In this document: in pieces, positions 9,200-18,477 of the stretch | Layout: each line of letters starts with the position of its first letter | Numbering within the stretch: the stretch's first letter is position 1 | Virus record (IMG/VR): IMGVR_UViG_3300034102_001642 | Location: 4,832 to 68,831 of that record | Length of the DNA stretch: 64,000 bases | Direction: 5' to 3' (one strand) | From: a virus | Lineage: Duplodnaviria > Caudoviricetes | Program-made: the position numbers and the translations under genes | Notes under the pieces: generated by a model | Database searches by the model: none | What the model saw: the letters and a program-made list of their open reading frames with translations, nothing else | Told to the model about the DNA's origin: nothing

Positions 9200-9873
9200 A
9201 GCTAGCAAACCAATGGACAGAAGATCAAAAACCAAAATCTATTACTCCGTCTGGATTTTTTGGAAATTCAACAGACAACATTGTTGAAATTAGAGAATTC
9301 CTTACAATAGAAGAACGTAAGAGGCTGATGGATTTTGCCCTCAATAATAAAATTTGGGACATAACAGAAACACATAGGGATGCCGATGGTTTAGTTTTAT
9401 ATGACCATAAGGTTTGGGAAGATAGAGTTTGCACATATAATTCTTTAATGGCATCAGACCCATCAATTTTAGAATTAATTTATAGCATGATAGCAAGACT
9501 TAAAATAGAGGTAGACGCATTTTTTAATGTTGATGCAAAAGAAACTGGTCCAGCAATTGTTAGGTGGCCTGTTGGTGCAAGACAAGAGCCACATGCAGAC
9601 AAAGAATTTCATTCTGGCCCAGAAAAAGGAAGAGCAAATGATTTTCCTTGGTATGACCTAGCTGGTTTATTTTATTTTAACGATGATTATGAAGGTGGAG
9701 AATTATATTTCCCACAACATGGAATTGAATTTCAGCCAGTGGCTGGAGCAGCATATTTTTTCCCAGGTGACATGAACTATACACACGGGGTAAGACCAGT
9801 AAAATCTGGAAATAGATTTACATCTCCATTCTTTTGGACGATACAAAAACATACAGGAGAAAAACAACCATGA
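9196..9873 (+). CDS. 2OG-Fe(II) oxygenase, prolyl 4-hydroxylase-like
   Basis: HADK...YFNDDYEGGELYF...HGV..V.SG.R. Confidence 0.88.
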   Translation: MKLANQWTEDQKPKSITPSGFFGNSTDNIVEIREFLTIEERKRLMDFALNNKIWDITETHRDADGLVLYDHKVWEDRVCTYNSLMASDPSILELIYSMIARLKIEVDAFFNVDAKETGPAIVRWPVGARQEPHADKEFHSGPEKGRANDFPWYDLAGLFYFNDDYEGGELYFPQHGIEFQPVAGAAYFFPGDMNYTHGVRPVKSGNRFTSPFFWTIQKHTGEKQP

Positions 9874-10715
9874 GTGAATTAGAACATGTAGAGCTTTATC
9901 CAAAAGTTGATGTTTATAGAAATGTCTTAAAAGACCCAGCACAACTATATGAAGTAATGAACGCTTCAGAAAAAACTTCAGAAGGAAAGTATTTTTTAAA
10001 GACCTGGGATCCTTGGGCTCATTTTGGAACGTATACTCAGAAAAAAGATATAAGAGAAGTTTCTGCAGAAATTCAATCTACAGAAATGTTTATTAAAGAA
10101 AAAGCATTTGTTGAAGAAGTTGAAGCGGCATACAGTAAGGTTATAGCGGACTACATAGAAAGACACAACATCGAGTTGCCAGAAGGCTGGCGATTCAGCG
10201 GATCCTCTTATTCTAAATATCATGCAGGAGTTGACAACCTTAAGAGTAAACTTACCATGCAGTATCATACAGACCATATAACATCACAAAAAGATATGCC
10301 TGGGGATAAATTTTCAATTACCTGCACAATGTATATTAATGATGATTACGATGGCGGAGATATAGAGTTTTATATTAATGGGCAATTCATTAATCATAAG
10401 CCAAAAGCTGGTGACATTTTAGTATTTCCTTCAACAGAGCCATATTATCATGGGGTAAAAACAATTAATAGCAATGAGAAATTTTTTGTTAGAAATTTTA
10501 TAATGACCCCTCACAATGGCACAGAAGAATGGCTTGCCAACCAAAGAAAATTTGGTGCTTACAAATGGGCAAAAATGGAGCAAGAAAGAATTGATTACGA
10601 CGATAAAAGAAACATGGTTTATTTTAATGACGGAGTTCCAGTTACATATGAAGAGCATGTTGAAAAGCAATTTGGCGTCCCATTTGATGCTGAAAAGGAA
10701 AAGGGGATAATGTAA
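9870..10715 (+). CDS. 2OG-Fe(II) oxygenase, prolyl 4-hydroxylase-like
   Basis: HTD...YINDDYDGGDIEF...KPKAGDILVFPS..PYYHGV; ATG 9870 follows AGGAGA. Confidence 0.85.
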   Translation: MSELEHVELYPKVDVYRNVLKDPAQLYEVMNASEKTSEGKYFLKTWDPWAHFGTYTQKKDIREVSAEIQSTEMFIKEKAFVEEVEAAYSKVIADYIERHNIELPEGWRFSGSSYSKYHAGVDNLKSKLTMQYHTDHITSQKDMPGDKFSITCTMYINDDYDGGDIEFYINGQFINHKPKAGDILVFPSTEPYYHGVKTINSNEKFFVRNFIMTPHNGTEEWLANQRKFGAYKWAKMEQERIDYDDKRNMVYFNDGVPVTYEEHVEKQFGVPFDAEKEKGIM

Positions 10716-10717
10716 TT

Positions 10718-11470
10718 ATGGAAAGAAATATGGTTATAACTAGACACAAGCCAGATATTGTGCAATATGACAACTTCTTAACTCCAGATGAATGTAAATC
10801 AATCATTGATGTTCTAGCCATTAAGATGGAAAAAGAACAATTAAAGTGGATGCCAATTTCATTTTATGAGTCATACTCATCAGGTACTCCAGAGTTAAAT
10901 GACCCAGACACAATTGCCTGTGGCCTACCAGGAGATTTTTTTGTAGACCTTAGACAAAGAGTTATAGATGCTACTGCAGACATGGCTGGTAAAGATCCAG
11001 AACAAATGTCGCAGATAAGCTGGCACTCTCAAAGATGGGCACCAGGAGCTTTTGCAAATATGCATTCAGACAATACTTCTAATGATGGAGTTTCGGGAGC
11101 ATTTACTAGAAGTAGATATGCAACTTTTCTTTATTTAAACGATGATTTTGAAGATGGTATTTTAAACTTTAAGCATGGATTAACAATTGTTCCAAAAACT
11201 GGAACCCTAGTAACATTTGCTGGAGGATTCCATAACATGCACGAAGTTACAACAGTTAAAAAATCTATAAGATACACTCTTGGATCATTCTGGGATGATA
11301 GAGAAGAAAGTGATTATCCACAGGAAGTTAGAGATGCTTGGGCGGCAGAACTTGCTGAGGTTAGAGCAATGCAAGCAGATGAAGCTATTGAGTGGGAAGA
11401 CTACAGAAATAAAGGATTAAGAATAACCCCCCGTGGAGAAGTATATCCAGCATCAGAAGTAGAAGGATAG
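10718..11470 (+). CDS. 2OG-Fe(II) oxygenase, prolyl 4-hydroxylase-like
   Basis: DNFLTPDEC (P4H N-terminal motif), HSD...YLNDDFEDG...HEV....R. Confidence 0.88.
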   Translation: MERNMVITRHKPDIVQYDNFLTPDECKSIIDVLAIKMEKEQLKWMPISFYESYSSGTPELNDPDTIACGLPGDFFVDLRQRVIDATADMAGKDPEQMSQISWHSQRWAPGAFANMHSDNTSNDGVSGAFTRSRYATFLYLNDDFEDGILNFKHGLTIVPKTGTLVTFAGGFHNMHEVTTVKKSIRYTLGSFWDDREESDYPQEVRDAWAAELAEVRAMQADEAIEWEDYRNKGLRITPRGEVYPASEVEG

Positions 11471-11471
11471 C

Positions 11472-12122
11472 ATGCAAAACAATGTAGAGTTTAAGCAATT
11501 TATAATGTTTGATCTTAAAGTTTTGGGAACAGATATATGGTACTGGGAAAATGCATTAAGCTTTCCAGAACATTTAAAAGATTTTATAGACAAAATAGAC
11601 CAAGAGCCAGAATCATATTCCAGAATATCTAAATGGGAAAATTGGACTGCTAGCAATGATTCTAGTCTAGTATACGGTAAAACAAAAACAATAAATGCGT
11701 CTGCTTTAAAAAAAACTACTGGATCTGACATGGTAGATAAAAAAACTCTTTATATTGCTAATAGTTTTTCAATGGCTTTTCAAATGTGCACCGATAGATA
11801 TTTGGAATCTAGAAGGTTAGATAAAAATAAATATAACCTAAATCTTGATCGCATAACAATAAAAGCCTGGAATGAAGGACAATCAATGGGCCCACATTTT
11901 GATGGACAAGATGGAAATAAAGATTTAGCATTTTCTTTAGTAGCATATATTAATGATGATTATGAGGGCGGAGAGATTAATTTCCCAAACCATAATGTGA
12001 CTATAAAGCCAAAAGCTGGAAGCCTAATAATGTTTCCATCACAAGAGCCTTACATACACGAAGTAAAGCCTATTGTGTCTGGTACTAGATACATGAGCCC
12101 AGCACACGTATATATTAAGTAG
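11472..12122 (+). CDS. 2OG-Fe(II) oxygenase, prolyl 4-hydroxylase-like
   Basis: HFD...YINDDYEGGEINF...HEV..I.SG.R. Confidence 0.88.
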   Translation: MQNNVEFKQFIMFDLKVLGTDIWYWENALSFPEHLKDFIDKIDQEPESYSRISKWENWTASNDSSLVYGKTKTINASALKKTTGSDMVDKKTLYIANSFSMAFQMCTDRYLESRRLDKNKYNLNLDRITIKAWNEGQSMGPHFDGQDGNKDLAFSLVAYINDDYEGGEINFPNHNVTIKPKAGSLIMFPSQEPYIHEVKPIVSGTRYMSPAHVYIK

Positions 12123-12142
12123 ATAGGTGGTATAATAAAAAA

Positions 12143-13255
12143 ATGAGCACAGGAGTAAATGGCTGGAGATTTCCAGACTACACAGACACCCCAGACGTAC
12201 CTAGAGACCTAGGAAACCTTGGCGCTGACATTGCGACATTCATTGCCGCTAATCCAGGCCCACAGGGCCCTTCAGGCACCTTAGCGGTAGGTACAGTAAC
12301 TACTGTTAGTGCTGCTACACCAGCATCAGTTGTAAATGTAGGAACTGCATCTAATGCTATATTGAATTTAACATTACCAAGAGGTGTTGATGGAATTATT
12401 GGTGGTCCTGGTCCCTCTAATGTTTTAAATATTGGAACTGTTGTTGAAGGCGGCTCTGCTAGCGCAACAATAACTGGAACCAGTCCTTCACAAACATTAA
12501 ACTTAGTTCTTCCCCAAGGTCCGCAAGGCATACAAGGACCAACTGGACCTCAAGGTCCAGCCACAGTAGCTGTTGGAACAACTACAACTGGTGCGGCTGG
12601 AACAAATGCCTCAGTTGTTAATACTGGAACGACAGCAAACGCTATTTTTTCATTTACAATACCAAGAGGCGCAACTGGCGCAACTGGACCAACTGGACCT
12701 CAAGGCATTCCTGGAGACAGCGCAACAATTGACCCAATAGCAACAACAATAAGTTTAAATATACCGACATCTTCTGGATACGGAGTAAACTCTAACTGGT
12801 ACCCATTTGCAAACAATCTTTATTCAATGGGGCAGCCAACAGATGTCCCAAATGGAGTTTCATCAAATAGATTCTGGAAAACAATATACTCTAATACTGG
12901 AACCATTAATACTTCAGATGAAAGATTAAAAACTGATATTGTTACATCTCCACTTGGCCTTGATTTTATAAATAATTTAAATCCCGTAAAATATAAATTC
13001 CTTGAAGGTGGAAAAGAAGTAGTTGAGGGAGACATAGTTTCTATTCCTGGATCAAGAACACATTATGGACTTATTGCCCAAGAAGTAAAACAAGCATTAG
13101 ATGAATCTGGTGTTGGAGATTTTGCTGGTTGGGTAAAAATGGATATGTCACAAGAAGATTCTATGCAAGGCCTAAGATATGATCAGTTTGTGGCACCATT
13201 AATTAAAGCCGTACAAGAGCTTACAGCGAGAGTCAAAGCCCTAGAAGAGAAGTAA
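12143..13255 (+). CDS. Collagen-like fibre protein with C-terminal intramolecular chaperone (peptidase S74) domain
   Basis: GPQGP/GPTGPQG triplets; TSDERLKTDI...LGLDFINNLNPVKY...HYGLIAQEV...LRYDQFVAPLIKAVQEL. Confidence 0.85.
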   Translation: MSTGVNGWRFPDYTDTPDVPRDLGNLGADIATFIAANPGPQGPSGTLAVGTVTTVSAATPASVVNVGTASNAILNLTLPRGVDGIIGGPGPSNVLNIGTVVEGGSASATITGTSPSQTLNLVLPQGPQGIQGPTGPQGPATVAVGTTTTGAAGTNASVVNTGTTANAIFSFTIPRGATGATGPTGPQGIPGDSATIDPIATTISLNIPTSSGYGVNSNWYPFANNLYSMGQPTDVPNGVSSNRFWKTIYSNTGTINTSDERLKTDIVTSPLGLDFINNLNPVKYKFLEGGKEVVEGDIVSIPGSRTHYGLIAQEVKQALDESGVGDFAGWVKMDMSQEDSMQGLRYDQFVAPLIKAVQELTARVKALEEK

Positions 13256-13258
13256 GAC

Positions 13259-15064
13259 ATGTCATATAAGTATACTGTCTTAAAAGATAACCCACTTGCA
13301 TTTTTTTTGTTGGATGAGGTTCGTTCTGGAGAAACTAATTTATACAGCAACTTAACTTCACTGTATTCCACCTATCAAGATTTAAAAGATAATGGAATTT
13401 CATATGCAGCAGTTAGCGGACTACCCATTGTAGACTACTCTGGAAATTCTATGGAGGGCTACGCAATAGATGCTTCAGATATGGAAGTTCTTCCAATAGT
13501 AGGAGCTGGCGTCAGAGGTACTGAAATTAATGAAAATATTGATCTGTCTTTAAAAGCTTTAGGAATTGCTAATTCTAAAAGCCCAGACAACCCCTTTGCA
13601 TTTGAAATATGGTTTAGCCCAGATCCTTCTGACCTATCAGAATACTTAATCATTGGAGATGCAACAAATAAAATAGGTTTATTTTATAAAAATGAAAATG
13701 TAATATTTAAGTGCACGGAGCAAGAAAAAGTCTGGTCTAAAGTAGCCAAGACTAAAGTAATGCATATAGTGGGAATATTTTCTAAAGATAAAATGTCTTT
13801 GTATATAAACGGATCTCTGGTTTCTGAAAAATTTATTACAGCAGGGTTTAAATTTACAAATGCATCCATGACTCCTAAAATTGGTCCAGCAAATACTGGA
13901 AAGAGATTTGTAGTAGATTCGGCAGCAATATATAATTATGAAATAGAAGACACAAAAATTTTAGCACATTATTTAGCTGGGTATAAAGAAACTAAGTATT
14001 CACAAATTGTTTATTCTAAAAACGGCGTATTGTTTTCATTAAATTCTGTGTTTTTAAAACCAGCAGTTTCATATAGATATCCTGGATCTAAATCCTTAGA
14101 TTCTATAGTTTCGGGAGACGCATACTATAATCCAACTTATAAAAGAATAGAATTTGCCCAGACAGAATTAGTAGAAGAAAAAACTTTTGTATTTGAAGAA
14201 AGACTTTATGTGCCAAACCCAGAGAACATTGTTTCTTCTAGGATATCTTATGGCCAAGATGTGCAAAACATTTTAGTGGAAGCTAAGGTTCCAGGGCAGC
14301 CATGGGTAGTATGTAAAAACAATTCTACTCTTCCATATTATAATAAAAATGAAGACCTATCTGGTCCAATACTAGACATACGTGTAACAATGAACACTCT
14401 AGATTCATCTTTTGACCTCCCCTACTTTGATAAATTGGAAATTGACTTATACTCAAATAAAGATTTTTATTCTGATAATGGTGGGGGTAAAATATATTCA
14501 AACTACGATTATTCATTGGGTTATTATAACTACCCAGTAAGAATGCAAAATAAATACAACGGATTGACCATGCAATCTGGTTATGGCTTTTCGGTAGACC
14601 TTCCAATACAGCCAAGAACAATAGAAATGTTTTTTACTCCAAGAGAAGGTAAGAATGTTTTATTCTCATCAGCCTTAGCCTCTTTAAGCTGGACAAATAG
14701 CGGGGTAATAACAAAAAATGGAATTAGTGCAATATACGTCAATGGAGTAAATAGAACTACATCCACCAACGTATCCCAATTTTTATTAAGTGGAGTATCT
14801 CATCACATATTAATAGTGCTAAGCGCAAGCGCCACAAATATTAAATTAAATCAGAACCAAAGTGGGTCGGAATATGGTGGATCTAATACCTATAGCAATT
14901 TAGCATTTTATGAAACCCCATTTACCGCTCCAGAAGCCCTAAAGAATTATAAGCTGTATTGCTCAGAAAATTCATTTACCATAGAAGACCCAGGCATAAC
15001 TTTCTCAGAAAGTGCTACTGGCCTAGACAACACAGCCTACTTCACAAGATCTTTTGACGTTTAG
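13259..15064 (+). CDS. LamG/concanavalin-A-like domain virion protein
   Basis: Y..TVL.DNPLAFFLLDE; FAFEIWF...HIVGIF...SLYING...AIYN...I..HY. Confidence 0.7.
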   Translation: MSYKYTVLKDNPLAFFLLDEVRSGETNLYSNLTSLYSTYQDLKDNGISYAAVSGLPIVDYSGNSMEGYAIDASDMEVLPIVGAGVRGTEINENIDLSLKALGIANSKSPDNPFAFEIWFSPDPSDLSEYLIIGDATNKIGLFYKNENVIFKCTEQEKVWSKVAKTKVMHIVGIFSKDKMSLYINGSLVSEKFITAGFKFTNASMTPKIGPANTGKRFVVDSAAIYNYEIEDTKILAHYLAGYKETKYSQIVYSKNGVLFSLNSVFLKPAVSYRYPGSKSLDSIVSGDAYYNPTYKRIEFAQTELVEEKTFVFEERLYVPNPENIVSSRISYGQDVQNILVEAKVPGQPWVVCKNNSTLPYYNKNEDLSGPILDIRVTMNTLDSSFDLPYFDKLEIDLYSNKDFYSDNGGGKIYSNYDYSLGYYNYPVRMQNKYNGLTMQSGYGFSVDLPIQPRTIEMFFTPREGKNVLFSSALASLSWTNSGVITKNGISAIYVNGVNRTTSTNVSQFLLSGVSHHILIVLSASATNIKLNQNQSGSEYGGSNTYSNLAFYETPFTAPEALKNYKLYCSENSFTIEDPGITFSESATGLDNTAYFTRSFDV

Positions 15065-15145
15065 CCTGCAATATTTTTAAAATATTGTCACAGATTAGGA
15101 CAGAAGATGGACTTTTGTTGAGAATAATGGTAAACTGGTTAACAT

Positions 15146-15484
15146 ATGGAAATCTTAAATCAAAAAAGTCAAGTTGTTGAAGAGACACGCCTAGGCATAT
15201 ACGTATGGGAAATGCCAGATGGTCGATGGATCGGCGATGATGATGGAAATTTCCTTTCTATAACATCAACCAAAGGCAACAGATCTAAAATTGCCGCACT
15301 CGCAGATTCTGTTAGACATTATGGAATTAGCGAAGGCCAGCCTAAATTTCTTTCAGGCAGAAGAAAAATTGATGATGAAGAATTTGAGCATCAAAACGAA
15401 AGACTTAAATGGGGCCTTACTCCAGATCCATTAGATATTGGAGAATATAAAGATTCAATTTTAAGAGGGGGATCTGTAAGATGA
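15146..15484 (+). CDS. Hypothetical protein upstream of portal
   Basis: Clean ORF coupled to the portal gene; TGGTAAACT promoter at 15128-15136. Confidence 0.7.
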   Translation: MEILNQKSQVVEETRLGIYVWEMPDGRWIGDDDGNFLSITSTKGNRSKIAALADSVRHYGISEGQPKFLSGRRKIDDEEFEHQNERLKWGLTPDPLDIGEYKDSILRGGSVR

Positions 15485-17064
15485 CACAATTTTTAGAAGA
15501 CGGACCAGAAGATACATACGAGGTATCTGTTAAAAATAGTTCAGACCTATTCTCATTTAAGAAAGAAAAAGAACACGTAGACCCATTTGCAATTGGTATT
15601 GATGACCTTAAAAAAGTAAGAGGCCTTGGAACAAACTTTAAAAGAAAAGTAAATAGAGATTTTGCAAAATCATTTACTGGTAAAGATGGAGCAGCAACAC
15701 AACAAAATCTATTGCAATCAGCAGTTACTGGTTATGCAATGTTCGACCTTGTACAACCAGTATATAATCTAGAATATCTTTCTCAAATATATGAAGTTTC
15801 AACATACAACTATGCAGCTATTAATGCTAAGGTGGCAAATATTGTTGGTCTTGGATATTCTTTTATGGAGACAAGAAAAACGAATGATGCCATTGATGCA
15901 ATAACAGATGATAAGCAATTAGATAGAGCTCGTAGAAAACTAAATAAATTAAAACAAGATCTTCAAGACTGGCTAGATGCAACAAATGAGGAAGATACAT
16001 TTACCGAAACATTAATAAAGGCGTATACAGACCTAGAAGCAACTGGTAACGGCTACCTCGAAATTGGTAGAACTACAGGCGGAGACATTGGTTATATTGG
16101 CCATATACCAGCAAAAACTATGCGTGTAAGAAGACTTAGAGATGGATTTATGCAATTGCTTTATGGAAAAGCTGTATTCTTTAGAAACTTTGGAGATACA
16201 GAAACTATTAATCCAATTGGCGATTCAGAGGATAGACCAAACGAAATCATTCATTTAAAGAAATATACCCCAATGAATAATTACTACGGTATTCCAGATA
16301 TTGTAGCAGCCCAGATGTCACTTGCGGGAAATGAATTTGCTGGCAGATACAACCTTGACTACTTTGAAAACAAAGCGGTACCAAGATATATTATTACAGT
16401 TAAGGGAGCAAAGCTTTCTCCAGAGTCAGAAAGGAAATTGCTTGAATTCTTCCAAGTTGGATTAAAGGGTAAAAACCACAGATCACTATATATTCCTCTA
16501 CCAGCCGACACTCAAGACAATAAAGTTGAATTTAAAATGGAACCAGTTGAAGCTGGTGCCCAAGAGTCTTCATTTAATATTTATAGGCAGTCAAATAGAG
16601 ATGAAATTCTATTGGCACACAGAGTCCCAATTAATAAAATTGGTGTTCCAGAAGGCGTATCTTTGGCAAACGCTAGAGATGCAGATAAAACATTTAAAGA
16701 GCAGGTTTGCCGTCCAGCTCAAATGAGACTTGAAAAAAGAATTAATTCAATAATTGAAGAAAAGACAGATGCATTAAAAATTAAATTCGAAGAGTTGACT
16801 TTGACTGACGAAGATACCCAGTCTCAAATAGACGAAAGATATTTAAGAATGCAGGTAATTACTCCTAATGAAGTTAGAATTAGAAAAGGAATGATTCCTG
16901 TTGACGGCGGAGACGAAATGGTTGAATTAAAGCCACAGCAAGCAGCTGATCAAAAGGCAACTGCTGGGAAAACTAGGGCTAGGGATTCAGAAAGATCTGC
17001 TGCATCTTCCGATAAAGTCGGAGAAGGCAGAAATGCAAAGGGTGACGGAAAAAGGGTTGACTAA
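15481..17064 (+). CDS. Portal protein (PBSX/HK97-like)
   Basis: DLEATGNGYLEI, EIIHLK.Y...YYGIP, YFENKAVP, EILLAHRVP, ITPNEVR...GM.P..GGD. Confidence 0.92.
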   Translation: MTQFLEDGPEDTYEVSVKNSSDLFSFKKEKEHVDPFAIGIDDLKKVRGLGTNFKRKVNRDFAKSFTGKDGAATQQNLLQSAVTGYAMFDLVQPVYNLEYLSQIYEVSTYNYAAINAKVANIVGLGYSFMETRKTNDAIDAITDDKQLDRARRKLNKLKQDLQDWLDATNEEDTFTETLIKAYTDLEATGNGYLEIGRTTGGDIGYIGHIPAKTMRVRRLRDGFMQLLYGKAVFFRNFGDTETINPIGDSEDRPNEIIHLKKYTPMNNYYGIPDIVAAQMSLAGNEFAGRYNLDYFENKAVPRYIITVKGAKLSPESERKLLEFFQVGLKGKNHRSLYIPLPADTQDNKVEFKMEPVEAGAQESSFNIYRQSNRDEILLAHRVPINKIGVPEGVSLANARDADKTFKEQVCRPAQMRLEKRINSIIEEKTDALKIKFEELTLTDEDTQSQIDERYLRMQVITPNEVRIRKGMIPVDGGDEMVELKPQQAADQKATAGKTRARDSERSAASSDKVGEGRNAKGDGKRVD

Positions 17065-17117
17065 CCCTAATCAACTGCTATTTGCTTTATAGTAGATAAA
17101 CCATTAAAATTAAGCAT

Positions 17118-18461
17118 ATGAACATTGAAAAGTCACAGTGGTCGACCAATGGCCAAAACATTCATTTGTCTGTCCCATTCACAAAAGTGAATAGGGAGAC
17201 AAGAACTGTTTCTGGATTCGCTACATTAGACAACGTAGACCAAACAGGTGACGTTGTAACAGCAGAAGCAAGCATAAAAGCATTTGAAAGTTTTAGAGGC
17301 AATCTTAGAGAGATGCATCAACCATTAGCTGTAGGCAAAGTAGTTTCTTTTAAACCAGAAACATATTACGATCAAAAGTCAAAAGAATTTTATAATGGAG
17401 TTTATGTAACATCATATATCTCTAAAGGCGCACAAGATACATGGGAGAAAGTTCTTGACGGAACACTTTCAGGTTTTTCAATTGGCGGAAAAATTAAAGA
17501 GTCAGATAATGAAATGAATAAAGCAACAGGAGAAACTGTAAGATTTATTAAAGATTATGATTTAATTGAATTATCAATTGTTGATTCTCCAGCAAACGAA
17601 ATGTGCAATATTATTTCAATAGAGAAAATGAACGGCCAACTTGTATTTAAAGGTATGGCAGCAGATGTAGTTACAGAAAATATTTTTTATTGCGAAGAAA
17701 GCGATTCTGTTTTTATCTCAACAGACAAAACGTATTCTTCTCCAGTTACTGGAAAAGAAGCTACGCTAATTGGATGGGTCGAAAGCTCAGACATAAACAA
17801 ATCAAAAGAGATAGATAAGATTCTTGCTTCATTTAAGAAGTCAAGAGTTCCGTTACCTGGAATACAAACAATAGCAAAACAGGTTAACGTACAAGGAGGT
17901 AATGAAGTGGAAAAACTAAACGTAAAAGCTGAAGATTCAACAGTAGTAACTGCAGAAACAGCAATCGTTGAAGAGACCGTAGTAGCATCTGATGCACCTG
18001 CAGTCGAAGATGCACCAGACACTGATAACTCAGTGGAAGATGCAGACTCTGCTTCTGTAAATGTCTTTAAGTCGGTTGATGCTCCTCAAGCAGAAGCTGC
18101 AGTTGAAGAACCTGATTTTGCAAAAATGTTAGTAGACCTAAAGGGATTCTTTGCAGATACTCTTAGCAAGGCTACAGAGGCAAATGCAGTACAGGTTTCA
18201 GAAATCAAAGAAACTGTAGAGACTTTTAGTAAGAGCGTAAATGCTCAAATTACAGAGTTAGCAGAAAAGCACAGTGCACTTAGTGCCGCTGTCACAGAAA
18301 TAAAGGGCACCATTGATGGTGTTCAAAAGCGTGTAGATGCCGTAGAAGGCGATACAGCAATTAAAAAGTCCTCAGACCTTGGCGGGTCTGTTGCACCAGC
18401 AGTAAACAAATCAAAATGGAACGGTTCTTTCCTCGGTTCCGTAAACGAAATATTTAACTAG
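17118..18461 (+). CDS. Prohead maturation protease with C-terminal scaffold region
   Basis: R.VSGFAT...D..GD, LREMH, GFSIGG, ELSIVDSPAN; acidic and coiled-coil C-terminus. Confidence 0.88.
   Translation: MNIEKSQWSTNGQNIHLSVPFTKVNRETRTVSGFATLDNVDQTGDVVTAEASIKAFESFRGNLREMHQPLAVGKVVSFKPETYYDQKSKEFYNGVYVTSYISKGAQDTWEKVLDGTLSGFSIGGKIKESDNEMNKATGETVRFIKDYDLIELSIVDSPANEMCNIISIEKMNGQLVFKGMAADVVTENIFYCEESDSVFISTDKTYSSPVTGKEATLIGWVESSDINKSKEIDKILASFKKSRVPLPGIQTIAKQVNVQGGNEVEKLNVKAEDSTVVTAETAIVEETVVASDAPAVEDAPDTDNSVEDADSASVNVFKSVDAPQAEAAVEEPDFAKMLVDLKGFFADTLSKATEANAVQVSEIKETVETFSKSVNAQITELAEKHSALSAAVTEIKGTIDGVQKRVDAVEGDTAIKKSSDLGGSVAPAVNKSKWNGSFLGSVNEIFN
17907..18461 (+). CDS. Nested in-frame scaffolding protein (internal GTG start)
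   Basis: AAGGAGGT at 17893-17900, then an in-frame GTG 6 nt later at the domain boundary. Confidence 0.6.
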   Translation: MEKLNVKAEDSTVVTAETAIVEETVVASDAPAVEDAPDTDNSVEDADSASVNVFKSVDAPQAEAAVEEPDFAKMLVDLKGFFADTLSKATEANAVQVSEIKETVETFSKSVNAQITELAEKHSALSAAVTEIKGTIDGVQKRVDAVEGDTAIKKSSDLGGSVAPAVNKSKWNGSFLGSVNEIFN

Positions 18462-18477
18462 GGTAGGTGAAATAAAA

